Shown here: piece after piece, positions 20,541-29,361 of the stretch | Position numbering within the stretch: position 1 is the stretch's first letter | Layout: each line of letters starts with the position of its first letter | NCBI GenBank assembly: GCA_036339735.1 | Contig: JAYZAL010000039.1 | Span: 1-50,333, forward strand | DNA from: Candidatus Poribacteria bacterium | Lineage (GTDB): Bacteria; Poribacteria; WGA-4E; UBA9662 | Direction of reading: 5' to 3' | DNA length: 50,333 bases | Notes under the pieces: generated by a model | The model's input: only the letters and a program-made list of their open reading frames with translations | Databases searched by the model: none | Told to the model about the DNA's origin: nothing | Program-made: the position numbers and the translations under genes

Positions 20541-21305
20541 TTATGGTTGATCGGAGGTCTTATTTAGACAATATATTATAAAATTGGGAACCCTCAGTTC
20601 ATCCAATAGATCCGGGAATTCTACCGATTTCTTTTTATTAAGAGTAGGCTCGATTATCGCCTCGATATTAAATCCAACCTCTATAAATCCTTGTATATAG
20701 GTTGATAATGTCCGATGGAAATTGGTCAAACTCTCTCCCATCATTTTCCAATGACGCTCATTTTCTTCAAAATAACGATCTAACATTACGTGTTGTTTAA
20801 TCCCATCTTCTGACTTATACCAGCCTTCTCCAGCTGATCTCATCGGGTGTAAATTGGCGATAACGAATCGTCCTTCATTTCTGAGAATTCTATATACTTC
20901 TCTCGTATTAGCCATAAAGTCAGGTAAATCACATTGGTTGAGATAGGAAACAACCAGATCGAAACTCTGGTCTGCAAGAAAAGACAAATCTTGTACATCA
21001 GCTATTCTATATTCATTACGGCTTGGCTGTAATTCCCTAGCCGCTCTGATCATTGGCTCACAAAGATCCAGACCCAATACATAACTGGCACCACGCTGCG
21101 TCAGGATTCGACCAAAACGGCCCTCTCCACATCCACAATCAAGAATTCGTAAACCTTTTACGTGTCCACAAGCCTCTAACATCGGTTGATCCAATAATCC
21201 GTTTCTATGAGAATTACGACCTTCACGAGTTTCTTTGATCCAAGGAGACGAAAGCTTTAACCATTCTTGTTTCAGTAGATCCTTTTTCTTTTGAGTAAGA
21301 TTCAT
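20541..21305 (-). CDS. Class I SAM-dependent methyltransferase
   Basis: ILDCGCGEGRF motif I, LGLDLC, SFDLVVS, RILRNEGRF, FHRTLSTY. Confidence 0.9.
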   Translation of the reverse strand: MNLTQKKKDLLKQEWLKLSSPWIKETREGRNSHRNGLLDQPMLEACGHVKGLRILDCGCGEGRFGRILTQRGASYVLGLDLCEPMIRAARELQPSRNEYRIADVQDLSFLADQSFDLVVSYLNQCDLPDFMANTREVYRILRNEGRFVIANLHPMRSAGEGWYKSEDGIKQHVMLDRYFEENERHWKMMGESLTNFHRTLSTYIQGFIEVGFNIEAIIEPTLNKKKSVEFPDLLDELRVPNFIIYCLNKTSDQP

Positions 21306-21659
21306 CTTTAATTATCTTTAGATTGTACAGGTATGATACAGAATCGTTATTGTTTCGTAAAGGTGAGAGGGGGTAGCAAATTAGAACAATTAATCATTAA
21401 GAATACATACATTTAGGTGGCTATTAAAACGAAAATTAGCGAAGAATAAATCGGACTATAAATGCTCAATATGATGGGGCAGAAATTTTACATTTGGCAT
21501 GTTTTCGCTACTAATATCTGTGTGTAATAGATGAAAATCAGATAAGATAAAATTTGAAACTATTTGGGTAAAACAGTGATAGAGGGTAAATCCAATTCTT
21601 TCATCATAATTGTACTAAAGACAACTATGATGAACTTAGAAACAATAAATTAATCAATA

Positions 21660-22100
21660 TCACTTATCATACGATTCATATTTAGCTTTCTTTTTGGCAA
21701 AAATAGAAATCGACCAATCACTTAACCATAAGGCAATACTGATCAGAACAATTTGAGCTAACCCACGTAATATGTGCCACCTAGCCGCATATGTTTTTCC
21801 ATTGAGAGGAATGTCGTTTATCCACATGTTGAGATTAGCCCAATAAAGGATTATCAGAAGAAGGGCAATTGATGGACCTGCCCAAGTCCGGTATTTCGGG
21901 ATGAGAATTGCTACTCCTAGCAAAACCTCAGGCACACCACTTATATATACCCAGATTCTTGAGTTCCCTAGTATATCCGGCACAATTGGTTCAAACCATG
22001 CAGGATCCGTAAAATGCTTTATACCAACTAATACGAAAAAGAGTCCCATAAGAGCCGAAAAAACATGTTGAAGGACTATTTTCAAATTTAAATTGACCAT
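21660..22100 (-). CDS. DoxX-like membrane protein
   Basis: GIKHF..F..IVP, WVYISGVPEVLLG, WANLNM; four TM helices. Confidence 0.75.
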   Translation of the reverse strand: MVNLNLKIVLQHVFSALMGLFFVLVGIKHFTDPAWFEPIVPDILGNSRIWVYISGVPEVLLGVAILIPKYRTWAGPSIALLLIILYWANLNMWINDIPLNGKTYAARWHILRGLAQIVLISIALWLSDWSISIFAKKKAKYESYDK

Positions 22101-22992
22101 TTTGATTTCTGAGTAATATCACTGATCACAAAATTAGGGGGAGGTATACTAGGATTCATTAGAGACAAATTTGACTAGTATCTTGAATTAGGAACCATGG
22201 TTTTGATACTGGTTACTTTCAATTACAAATTAGTGAATAATATAAATTCGCATTTTTTTAGAGCGAAAACCGTATCTTCTCGATCGAAAACTCCTTTCCT
22301 AATCTAAAGATTTAATAAGATATTACTATAATTATGAAAAATACGAAAATGAGTGAAGATAAAAAGGACGAAATGAACCTTGGAATGTACCTATAGTAAT
22401 ACGGCTTGTCTGACTTTATCGTTCTTAATTAACATTCAAAAAGTGAGTGTGCAAAGTTACCTGTGGAAATTCCAATAATGAATTATAAGATCTGAAAGTA
22501 ATTTGTGTACCATTCGCAATATCTTTTCGATCATCTTTTTAGCTGTTGTTCAAGACTTATCTTTGATACTTCAGTAATCATGATTACGTCTTTATTTTTG
22601 AATCCCCTATTTAATTTGAAAATAGAGTAAGGTTTCTAGATTTTCTTGAAAGGAGAGTAAGTTCAACAAACTATTTTCATGGTAACTTTTGGTTAGACTA
22701 AGTTATTTACATCATTCACTTTTTTGAAGACTGAATTCAGTAGATAGAACGCTAACCAACACGAGGCAGTAGTAAAGAAGAATTGCCATTGCCATAACGG
22801 ATGGGAGAATAATTAATATCGATGTTTACCTAATCAACAAATGATCTAATTTTTCTATGAGTTAGTGTATGAAAAGTTAAATTTATTAATTAACTAAGAT
22901 ATATAGGCTGAATCTATGTATACAGCATATCGGCTCACAGAATATACAATAGTATCACCCACTTAAAAATAAACTGAAATGGAAATCAATAA

Positions 22993-25404
22993 TTAGTTTT
23001 GTTGTTCAGCGAAAAAGTTGAATATCTCACCAAACTCTAGCTTCCAACTGGACCAACCGTGGCCAGCATTTAATTCTCCACCTGAAATATTATACCCAAG
23101 ATCAGAAAATTTATTAAAAAGTCTGCTGTTTCTTTCACGAAGTCCTTCTACATCCATGTTGCTTCGTTTGATATCGTATTTCCCCCAATCAAGATAAATA
23201 TTAATGGGCTGATATCCCGCGCTGTCTATCATTTGGTTGATAATCTTTTCTCGCTGTAAGGCCCAATAAAAACTAGATTGACATGCTACATTGCTAACCA
23301 TATTTGGGTTTTTTAAGACAGTATATAAACTAATAAAGCCTGAATTACCGTTGCCTATCTTTAGTCTATTTTCTGAATTTGTTAAAGTTTGAAAAGTTTT
23401 GTCAATAAAAGGTATAAGTTCGTTGATAAAGTATTCACTGTATTTTTCTTCATCATTATCTAAGTTCATTTCTAGGACTAAAATAATGGGTCGAATTATG
23501 TTTTGCGTAATCAGTGAATCAATAACAAAGTGAACCTGCCCAAATTCTAAAGACTCTCGACCAAGATGTACATATGCCACGGGAAGTGGAACTGATTTTT
23601 CTGAATAATTAGGCGGCAGGTAAACTTTCAAATTTTGCTCTCGGTCATAAATACTACTGAAAAAGCTCGATGATTTTATCCTACCTTGGATTTTATTGTA
23701 AGATTCTTCATAACTTACGTCCTGACAGTCAGGCATAAGTAACCATGAGTAAGTATTATCTGGCTCCTTAATTATTAACTTATTCTTTGGATCTAATTCA
23801 TACTCATCAAAATTTTTTATGTATCTGTACTTGATTCGAGCATCTGCCTCGATAAAAGTCGACAAATAAAAAAAATTGGTTCCTTTGATATGGTTCATTT
23901 TTGATTCATCCCATATACCCAGATGATCACTATTGATCGCAACATCTACAGCATCACCTTGATACACAAAATGAACATAATTATTATCTTCAATAATGGG
24001 AAGTGACTTATGGCTTAGCAAAAAATTTTCAGTTAATTGTAATTTTTCTGATTGTGAGGCGGAGTCTACGCGATTGACCCATTTTTCAAACTTAGAATTG
24101 AAAGAAACTGGCTGATTATCCGTCTTTAATTTTTTATTTTTAACTTCGTTTACTGAAACACGAGCGATTTCACCGTAGCTTCTTGCATATATCGATCCTT
24201 GATAAAAGCTTGGAAAGGACCAGGCTAATTCTTCAAAGAGTTTCAAGGATACTTTCTCCTCATAGCCATTTGGACTCGCTACTCCTATTGACAAGGAACC
24301 TTTTTTGGTCAATATTAGGAGATGATCATCAACAAGAATTGGAAATCCTTCTCCCGGGTCTCTAGATTTCCATTTAATCCTCCCAGTGTCTAAAGAAATA
24401 CAAGTTAAAAACCTACCACTATAGCAATATATATAATTTTGATGTACTACTGGAGAAGAATAAGAACCGCTTATTCTATGGTTCTCCCAAGACAACTCAA
24501 CATTTGGTTCCTCATTGGAATCAATAGTAAGAAGTTGTAAACCATCCTTGTCAGTCTGAACCAGTATCTGTCTAGCCGCAACAGTAATGGGCGTTGCACT
24601 ATCCTTAAAACCATTTTTCACATGATAAACCCATTCCAATTCACCCGACGAAGGTAACAAGCAATATAATGTTTCATTTCCAATCGCTAGTAATACTATC
24701 TCACCATTTACCTTACTTATAGTAGCTGATCTATAATGAGCAAAGTCATTACCGAATTTCCATGTAAGTTCTCCTGTGTTCACGTCGAATGCAAGAATAA
24801 AACTAGACTTATCTGTACCCCCCGCTAAGATAAAAACATTATCTTCATAGACCAATGGTGAACTGGTAAATCCCCAATCGGGTGCTTTTGCCTTGAATTC
24901 AACTTCGAGATCCGCACTCCATTTTAGTGTTCCGTCTTGTAACGACAGTGAAAACAATAATCCATATGGCGAGAGACAGAATACTTTTTCTCCATATATA
25001 AAAGGTGTTGAAAGAGGACCATCTTGGGAATTACCGTGCCCTTTATACGTTGGGCCGATCTTATACTTCCAACGTATACTTCCGTCATTTATATTTAATG
25101 CAATCACATAATCAAACTGTTTGTCTGAGTACATAGTAACAGCAATATCTTTGATTAAAGATACTGCTGAATACCCTGTACCAATTTTTTGGGTCCATTT
25201 TCTAACTAACACAGGGTTTTGATCAGGTATCACGTTTAGCTCGAGTGATCGACCAGATCTATTACTACCCATAAATCCATTCCAACAGGGTAATGTGTCA
25301 TCAGCCTTTGAATCACTAATGAAGATTAATGTAATTACAATAGCTAAACCCAAAATAAGATAAAATTGTCTCATGTAATGCTCTCTAGATAGTAAGTAAA
25401 ACAA
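22993..25404 (-). CDS. Secreted PQQ-like beta-propeller fused to a Fes/enterochelin-esterase-like alpha/beta hydrolase (likely start ATG 25374)
   Basis: Signal peptide; repeated DGSIRW/DGTLKW/TGELTW/TGRIKW blades; C-terminal LKVYLPPNY, ELIPFID, GKYD, GHGWSSW. Confidence 0.8.
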   Translation of the reverse strand: MFYLLSREHYMRQFYLILGLAIVITLIFISDSKADDTLPCWNGFMGSNRSGRSLELNVIPDQNPVLVRKWTQKIGTGYSAVSLIKDIAVTMYSDKQFDYVIALNINDGSIRWKYKIGPTYKGHGNSQDGPLSTPFIYGEKVFCLSPYGLLFSLSLQDGTLKWSADLEVEFKAKAPDWGFTSSPLVYEDNVFILAGGTDKSSFILAFDVNTGELTWKFGNDFAHYRSATISKVNGEIVLLAIGNETLYCLLPSSGELEWVYHVKNGFKDSATPITVAARQILVQTDKDGLQLLTIDSNEEPNVELSWENHRISGSYSSPVVHQNYIYCYSGRFLTCISLDTGRIKWKSRDPGEGFPILVDDHLLILTKKGSLSIGVASPNGYEEKVSLKLFEELAWSFPSFYQGSIYARSYGEIARVSVNEVKNKKLKTDNQPVSFNSKFEKWVNRVDSASQSEKLQLTENFLLSHKSLPIIEDNNYVHFVYQGDAVDVAINSDHLGIWDESKMNHIKGTNFFYLSTFIEADARIKYRYIKNFDEYELDPKNKLIIKEPDNTYSWLLMPDCQDVSYEESYNKIQGRIKSSSFFSSIYDREQNLKVYLPPNYSEKSVPLPVAYVHLGRESLEFGQVHFVIDSLITQNIIRPIILVLEMNLDNDEEKYSEYFINELIPFIDKTFQTLTNSENRLKIGNGNSGFISLYTVLKNPNMVSNVACQSSFYWALQREKIINQMIDSAGYQPINIYLDWGKYDIKRSNMDVEGLRERNSRLFNKFSDLGYNISGGELNAGHGWSSWKLEFGEIFNFFAEQQN

Positions 25405-25890
25405 AATGGAAGAATGCTGGGGGACGTCATGTACATCATAGTTTTTTAATTAATTGAAGAGGTAATGAATAAAGTCGAGACTAAAAAAACAAAAAACGAA
25501 ATCTACCTGACAAAGTTGGAACAAGGCGAATTTATGATCTGATTCCATAATAATTTGTGGCGCTGATCGTTAAAAGCAGTCATGTAATTTTGAAGTGGGT
25601 AGTTTAGAAAGAACCTGAACGTTACACCGCAACAAAAGAAATCTGTAGTATGCTATACAGACAATCTGGTCTTGATTTTTCTGGTTTGAAATACAGTTGA
25701 GATTCAAATTGAGTTAACAACATAGGAGACGAAGACAAAATGGTTTTGCCAAATGACAATCAAACACCTAAGAGTCGAACAAATACATACCTATGTAATA
25801 TGCACTACTAGGAAGAACTCCGTACCCACTCTTAATTGATTGTACAACTTCCTAGCATACCCTTTCTTTGAGGGAGTCCAAATTACGTAT

Positions 25891-28680
25891 TTAATTTATC
25901 ACTTGGTTCAGTTGTTCAACTAGTTCGTCAGGCGTAAACGGCTTACCTACGTACCCATCCATTCCAGCTAACTTGCACTGTTCCTGTACTTCTTCTATTC
26001 TTGCCGATATCGCCAAAATTGGGACCCTTTTAAGTCCAGACGATTGTTCCAGTTGCCTAATTTGTTCCGTTACCATGTAGCCATTTGCTTCCGGCATCTG
26101 TAAATCCATCAGGATGAGATCATATTGATTTTGTTGGTAACTCGTCAAGCACTCTGTGCCATTAACGGCCTCATCTACCTGACAGCCTAAATTCTCCAAA
26201 AATTTTCGAAAAATAAAGCGATTAACCATATTATCATCAACTACTAGCCCCTTCATGTTTGACAAGTTAATCGATTTTTTCTTTTCCATTTCTGTTTTTT
26301 TCCGTAAACCAACCCTTACTAATGGCAACTCAAACCAGAAATTTGATCCTTCTCCAATTTTACTGTCTACCCCGATCTTTCCACCCATGCCTATAACAAA
26401 CTTCTTACTAATGCTTAAACCTAAACCCGTTCCCCCGTAACTACGACCGATCTCTGGACTTGCCTGATTAAATGACTCAAATATATTCGCTTTTTGATCT
26501 GTTGGAATGCCAATTCCTGTATCTATGATTTCTACTCTAATTCCAAGCTTAGTGGTTTTAAGTAATAACTTCACTTCACCAACCATCGTGAATTTTATTG
26601 CATTAGCAACTAAATTGATTACCACTTGTTTGATTTTTTGCCGATCACCCAACCACTCACCACACATCGTAGGTGGGTAATCTAGATTTAATTGGATTTT
26701 TTTCTGCTCAGATAAAGGAAGTAAGATTTGTCGAACTTGTTTAAAGATATCAACTAAATCAAATGGTTCTTGGTGATGTACGATTCTACCATCTTCTATC
26801 TCGGCAAACTGAAGGATCTCATTAACAACCGTTAGTAGGTATTGTCCAGAATTTTTTGCTCTATTAATATGACTCCTATGCTCAGAATTTAACTGTTCGG
26901 TATCAATTAAATTTAGAGAGCCAATTATCCCATTCATTGGTGTTTTGATTTCGTGGCTTACTTGGGATAAGAAGTCCTTTTTGATCTGAATTTCCTTCTT
27001 TGCATTTTGTTTTAGAAGTTCTAATTGTTCAACATGTTCTTGGTAAGTCAATACTTTGCCGAAATCAGTCACGGTATCACGTCTGACATTCTTATCCAAA
27101 TTAAGCGTTTCTAATTTTTGTAGCTCTAGAATCTCTGATGGTATCTCTGTTAAACAATTATGACTCAGATCAAGTGATACTAACCTCTTTAAACTGCCTA
27201 ATTCAGGTGGAATTTGATAGATTAAGTTTTTGCTCAGGTCTAATTCCGCCAACAGATTCAATTGGCTCAATTCGATCGGCAATTGCCCGAGTGCGTTCCC
27301 ATCCAAGCGTAATTTTTCCAGTTTAATTAAATCTCTAATAGTCTCTGGTAAAAATTTTATTTGATTATCGCTCAAATAAAGTTGTCGTAAATTTGGTAAT
27401 CTATTTACTTCAGTAGGAAATTTCTGTAATCGATTCTGGTTCAAATTGAGAGATTGCAGTTTGAATAGCTTATTTATCTCAGCTGGAATATCTGTCAAAT
27501 TGTTATTTTTCAGATTTAGGTCATGAAGACTTTTCAGATTTCCAATCATACTGGGTAAAAATTCTATTAAGTTCGATTCTAAATTTAAGACTTTCAAATT
27601 GGTTGTTTTGTTCAATATCTGCGGAAAGGTTCCGACTTGGTTGAACCCTAAGTGGAGTGTGCTCAGACTAATCAGTTGACCAATCTCAGCCGGAATTAGT
27701 TTGATCTCGTTCCACTCTAAATGGAATCTAGTCAGACGTGTCAATTGTCCAATCTCAGCTGGAATTACCTCAATCTTGTTGAATCCCAAATGGAGTTCAG
27801 TCAAATTGATCAGTTGACCAATCTCAGCCGGAATTAGCTTGATCTGGTTCCACCCTAAATGAAGTCCAGATAGATTGGTCAGTTGACCAATCTCAGCCGG
27901 AATTACCTCGATCTCGTTCGATGCTAAACCAAGCCTAGACAAATTGGTCAGTTGACCAATCTCAGTTGGAATTACCTCAATCTTGTTCGAGGCTAAACTA
28001 AGTCTAGACAGATTACTCAGTTGCCCTATCTCAGCTGAAATCACCTTAATCTGGTTATACCCTAAATGAAGTTCAATTAAATTAGCCAACTGAAAAATCT
28101 CGGGTGGAATGATCTGGATGTGATTTCCTACCAAATTCAGTATGACTAAACTGGACAGTTGATCAACTTCGGGCGGAATAATATTGATCTGGTTATATAC
28201 TAAATGGAGTGCGGTTAGGTTAGTCAGTTGCGCAATTTCAGCCGGAATCACCTCAATTCGGTTGGCCCCTAAGTGGAGTGTGCTCAGACCAATCAGTTGC
28301 CCAATCTCGGGCGGAATCACCTCGATTTGGTTGGATCCCAAGTGGAGTGCGGTTAGGTTAGCCAGTTGCGCAATTTCAGCCGGAATTACTTCAATATGGT
28401 TCGATGCTAAACCAAGTCTGGTGAGATTAGCCAGTTGCCCAATCTCGGGCGGAATCACCTCGATTTGGTTGGATCTCAAATGGAGTGTGCGCAGATTAGT
28501 CAGTTGGCCAATCTCAGGTGGAATCACTTCAATTTGGTTGGATCCCAAATGGAGTTCAGTTAAATTAGTCAGTAGGCTAATCTCAGGGAGAATTTCATGC
28601 AAACCTTGATTACTCAAATCAAGAACTTGAACTTTATCCCTTTGTTTAATAGACTCCGATAAGTCGGTATAGGTTTTCAC
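25891..28680 (-). CDS. Hybrid sensor kinase: N-terminal leucine-rich repeats + HisKA + HATPase + receiver
   Basis: About 22-23 LRRs of 23 aa; H-box VSHEIKTPMNG, N-box NLVANAIKFT, DTGIGI, GGTGLGL; receiver VVDD/LMDLQMP/KPF. Confidence 0.92.
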   Translation of the reverse strand: MKTYTDLSESIKQRDKVQVLDLSNQGLHEILPEISLLTNLTELHLGSNQIEVIPPEIGQLTNLRTLHLRSNQIEVIPPEIGQLANLTRLGLASNHIEVIPAEIAQLANLTALHLGSNQIEVIPPEIGQLIGLSTLHLGANRIEVIPAEIAQLTNLTALHLVYNQINIIPPEVDQLSSLVILNLVGNHIQIIPPEIFQLANLIELHLGYNQIKVISAEIGQLSNLSRLSLASNKIEVIPTEIGQLTNLSRLGLASNEIEVIPAEIGQLTNLSGLHLGWNQIKLIPAEIGQLINLTELHLGFNKIEVIPAEIGQLTRLTRFHLEWNEIKLIPAEIGQLISLSTLHLGFNQVGTFPQILNKTTNLKVLNLESNLIEFLPSMIGNLKSLHDLNLKNNNLTDIPAEINKLFKLQSLNLNQNRLQKFPTEVNRLPNLRQLYLSDNQIKFLPETIRDLIKLEKLRLDGNALGQLPIELSQLNLLAELDLSKNLIYQIPPELGSLKRLVSLDLSHNCLTEIPSEILELQKLETLNLDKNVRRDTVTDFGKVLTYQEHVEQLELLKQNAKKEIQIKKDFLSQVSHEIKTPMNGIIGSLNLIDTEQLNSEHRSHINRAKNSGQYLLTVVNEILQFAEIEDGRIVHHQEPFDLVDIFKQVRQILLPLSEQKKIQLNLDYPPTMCGEWLGDRQKIKQVVINLVANAIKFTMVGEVKLLLKTTKLGIRVEIIDTGIGIPTDQKANIFESFNQASPEIGRSYGGTGLGLSISKKFVIGMGGKIGVDSKIGEGSNFWFELPLVRVGLRKKTEMEKKKSINLSNMKGLVVDDNMVNRFIFRKFLENLGCQVDEAVNGTECLTSYQQNQYDLILMDLQMPEANGYMVTEQIRQLEQSSGLKRVPILAISARIEEVQEQCKLAGMDGYVGKPFTPDELVEQLNQVIN
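27089..28635 (-). repeat. 69-bp tandem coding repeats (LRR array)
   Basis: Recurrent cagttgaccaatctcagccggaatta-type units at a 69-nt period, most similar between ~27640 and 28570. Confidence 0.9.
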
Positions 28681-29361
28681 TGTTTTCCAATATTAAAAAG
28701 ATAAGCAATACATGTACTAAAAAAGAGCGAATGGGGTTACCAGTAATAAAAGAGCAATCAGATGACCTAAGCTAAATGGGAGCAAAACTTTTCTTTTGTC
28801 CAGATTGAAATCTCAGACAGTATGATATTTGGGACCTGAACATCACATTGTATTCCTTTATAGAGATTCAGAATAGTATAAGTTTCAGGAGACAATTCTA
28901 TATATCTAAACTGACGGAACGAAAATGAATAGAGCTTAGAAAAGAAAAATCTGAATGTTAAATTGGAACTTATTAGATAGATGTAATAGAGACCGACAGG
29001 ATAGTATTTTCTGAGAACAAGTATCGAGAATAGAAAAGAAAGAGGAACTGGAGCTAATTTACCCTGTAGGGGCATAATTACCCCATTATGGTTCGCTTTC
29101 AGCTATATACAAGCAGTTATTCCACTTTTGGTCTAGCTTTGTAATCACTTTCTTTAATTCGATAGAAGTAAGTTCTTAGACACATTATTTCGATGTTAAA
29201 CTAGAAAAAATAGCTAATGAAATAAAAACTAGCCTTTGTCTCTACCGCTACTTCCTCCATTTGATGAGCCTCACTCCAAATATATAGGTTGTTCCTGTGC
29301 TACTTGTCAGAGTCAATTGTCAGTGTTATATTGATTTCAATAAATGGTTCGGTGAAATACG

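Noticed and set aside
2013-22100. Integron-like cassette array of small co-oriented genes
   Set aside because: I found no paired RYYYAAC/GTTRRRY attC structures in the gaps I inspected and no integrase; some genes are in the opposite orientation
22100-22992. Long AT-rich gap with short hydrophobic frames
   Set aside because: No ORF of 60 aa or more and no motif I can identify; possibly decayed DNA but unsupported
25642-25661. CTGT...ACAG palindrome as a LexA box
   Set aside because: The spacer is 10 nt rather than 8, and it is not upstream of a repair gene
28184-28609. 141-aa repetitive plus-strand ORF
   Set aside because: Antisense shadow of the LRR array
27089-28635. Regularly spaced repeats as a possible CRISPR array
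   Set aside because: In-frame 69-bp coding repeats with no unique spacers, and no cas genes
28767-29075. 102-aa hydrophobic ORF upstream of the LRR kinase
   Set aside because: No recognisable motif; composition typical of the reverse strand of purine-rich intergenic DNA
29076-29361. Cobalamin or TPP riboswitch ahead of the TonB receptor
   Set aside because: No conserved riboswitch core recognised; an Infernal/Rfam scan would be needed to exclude it fully
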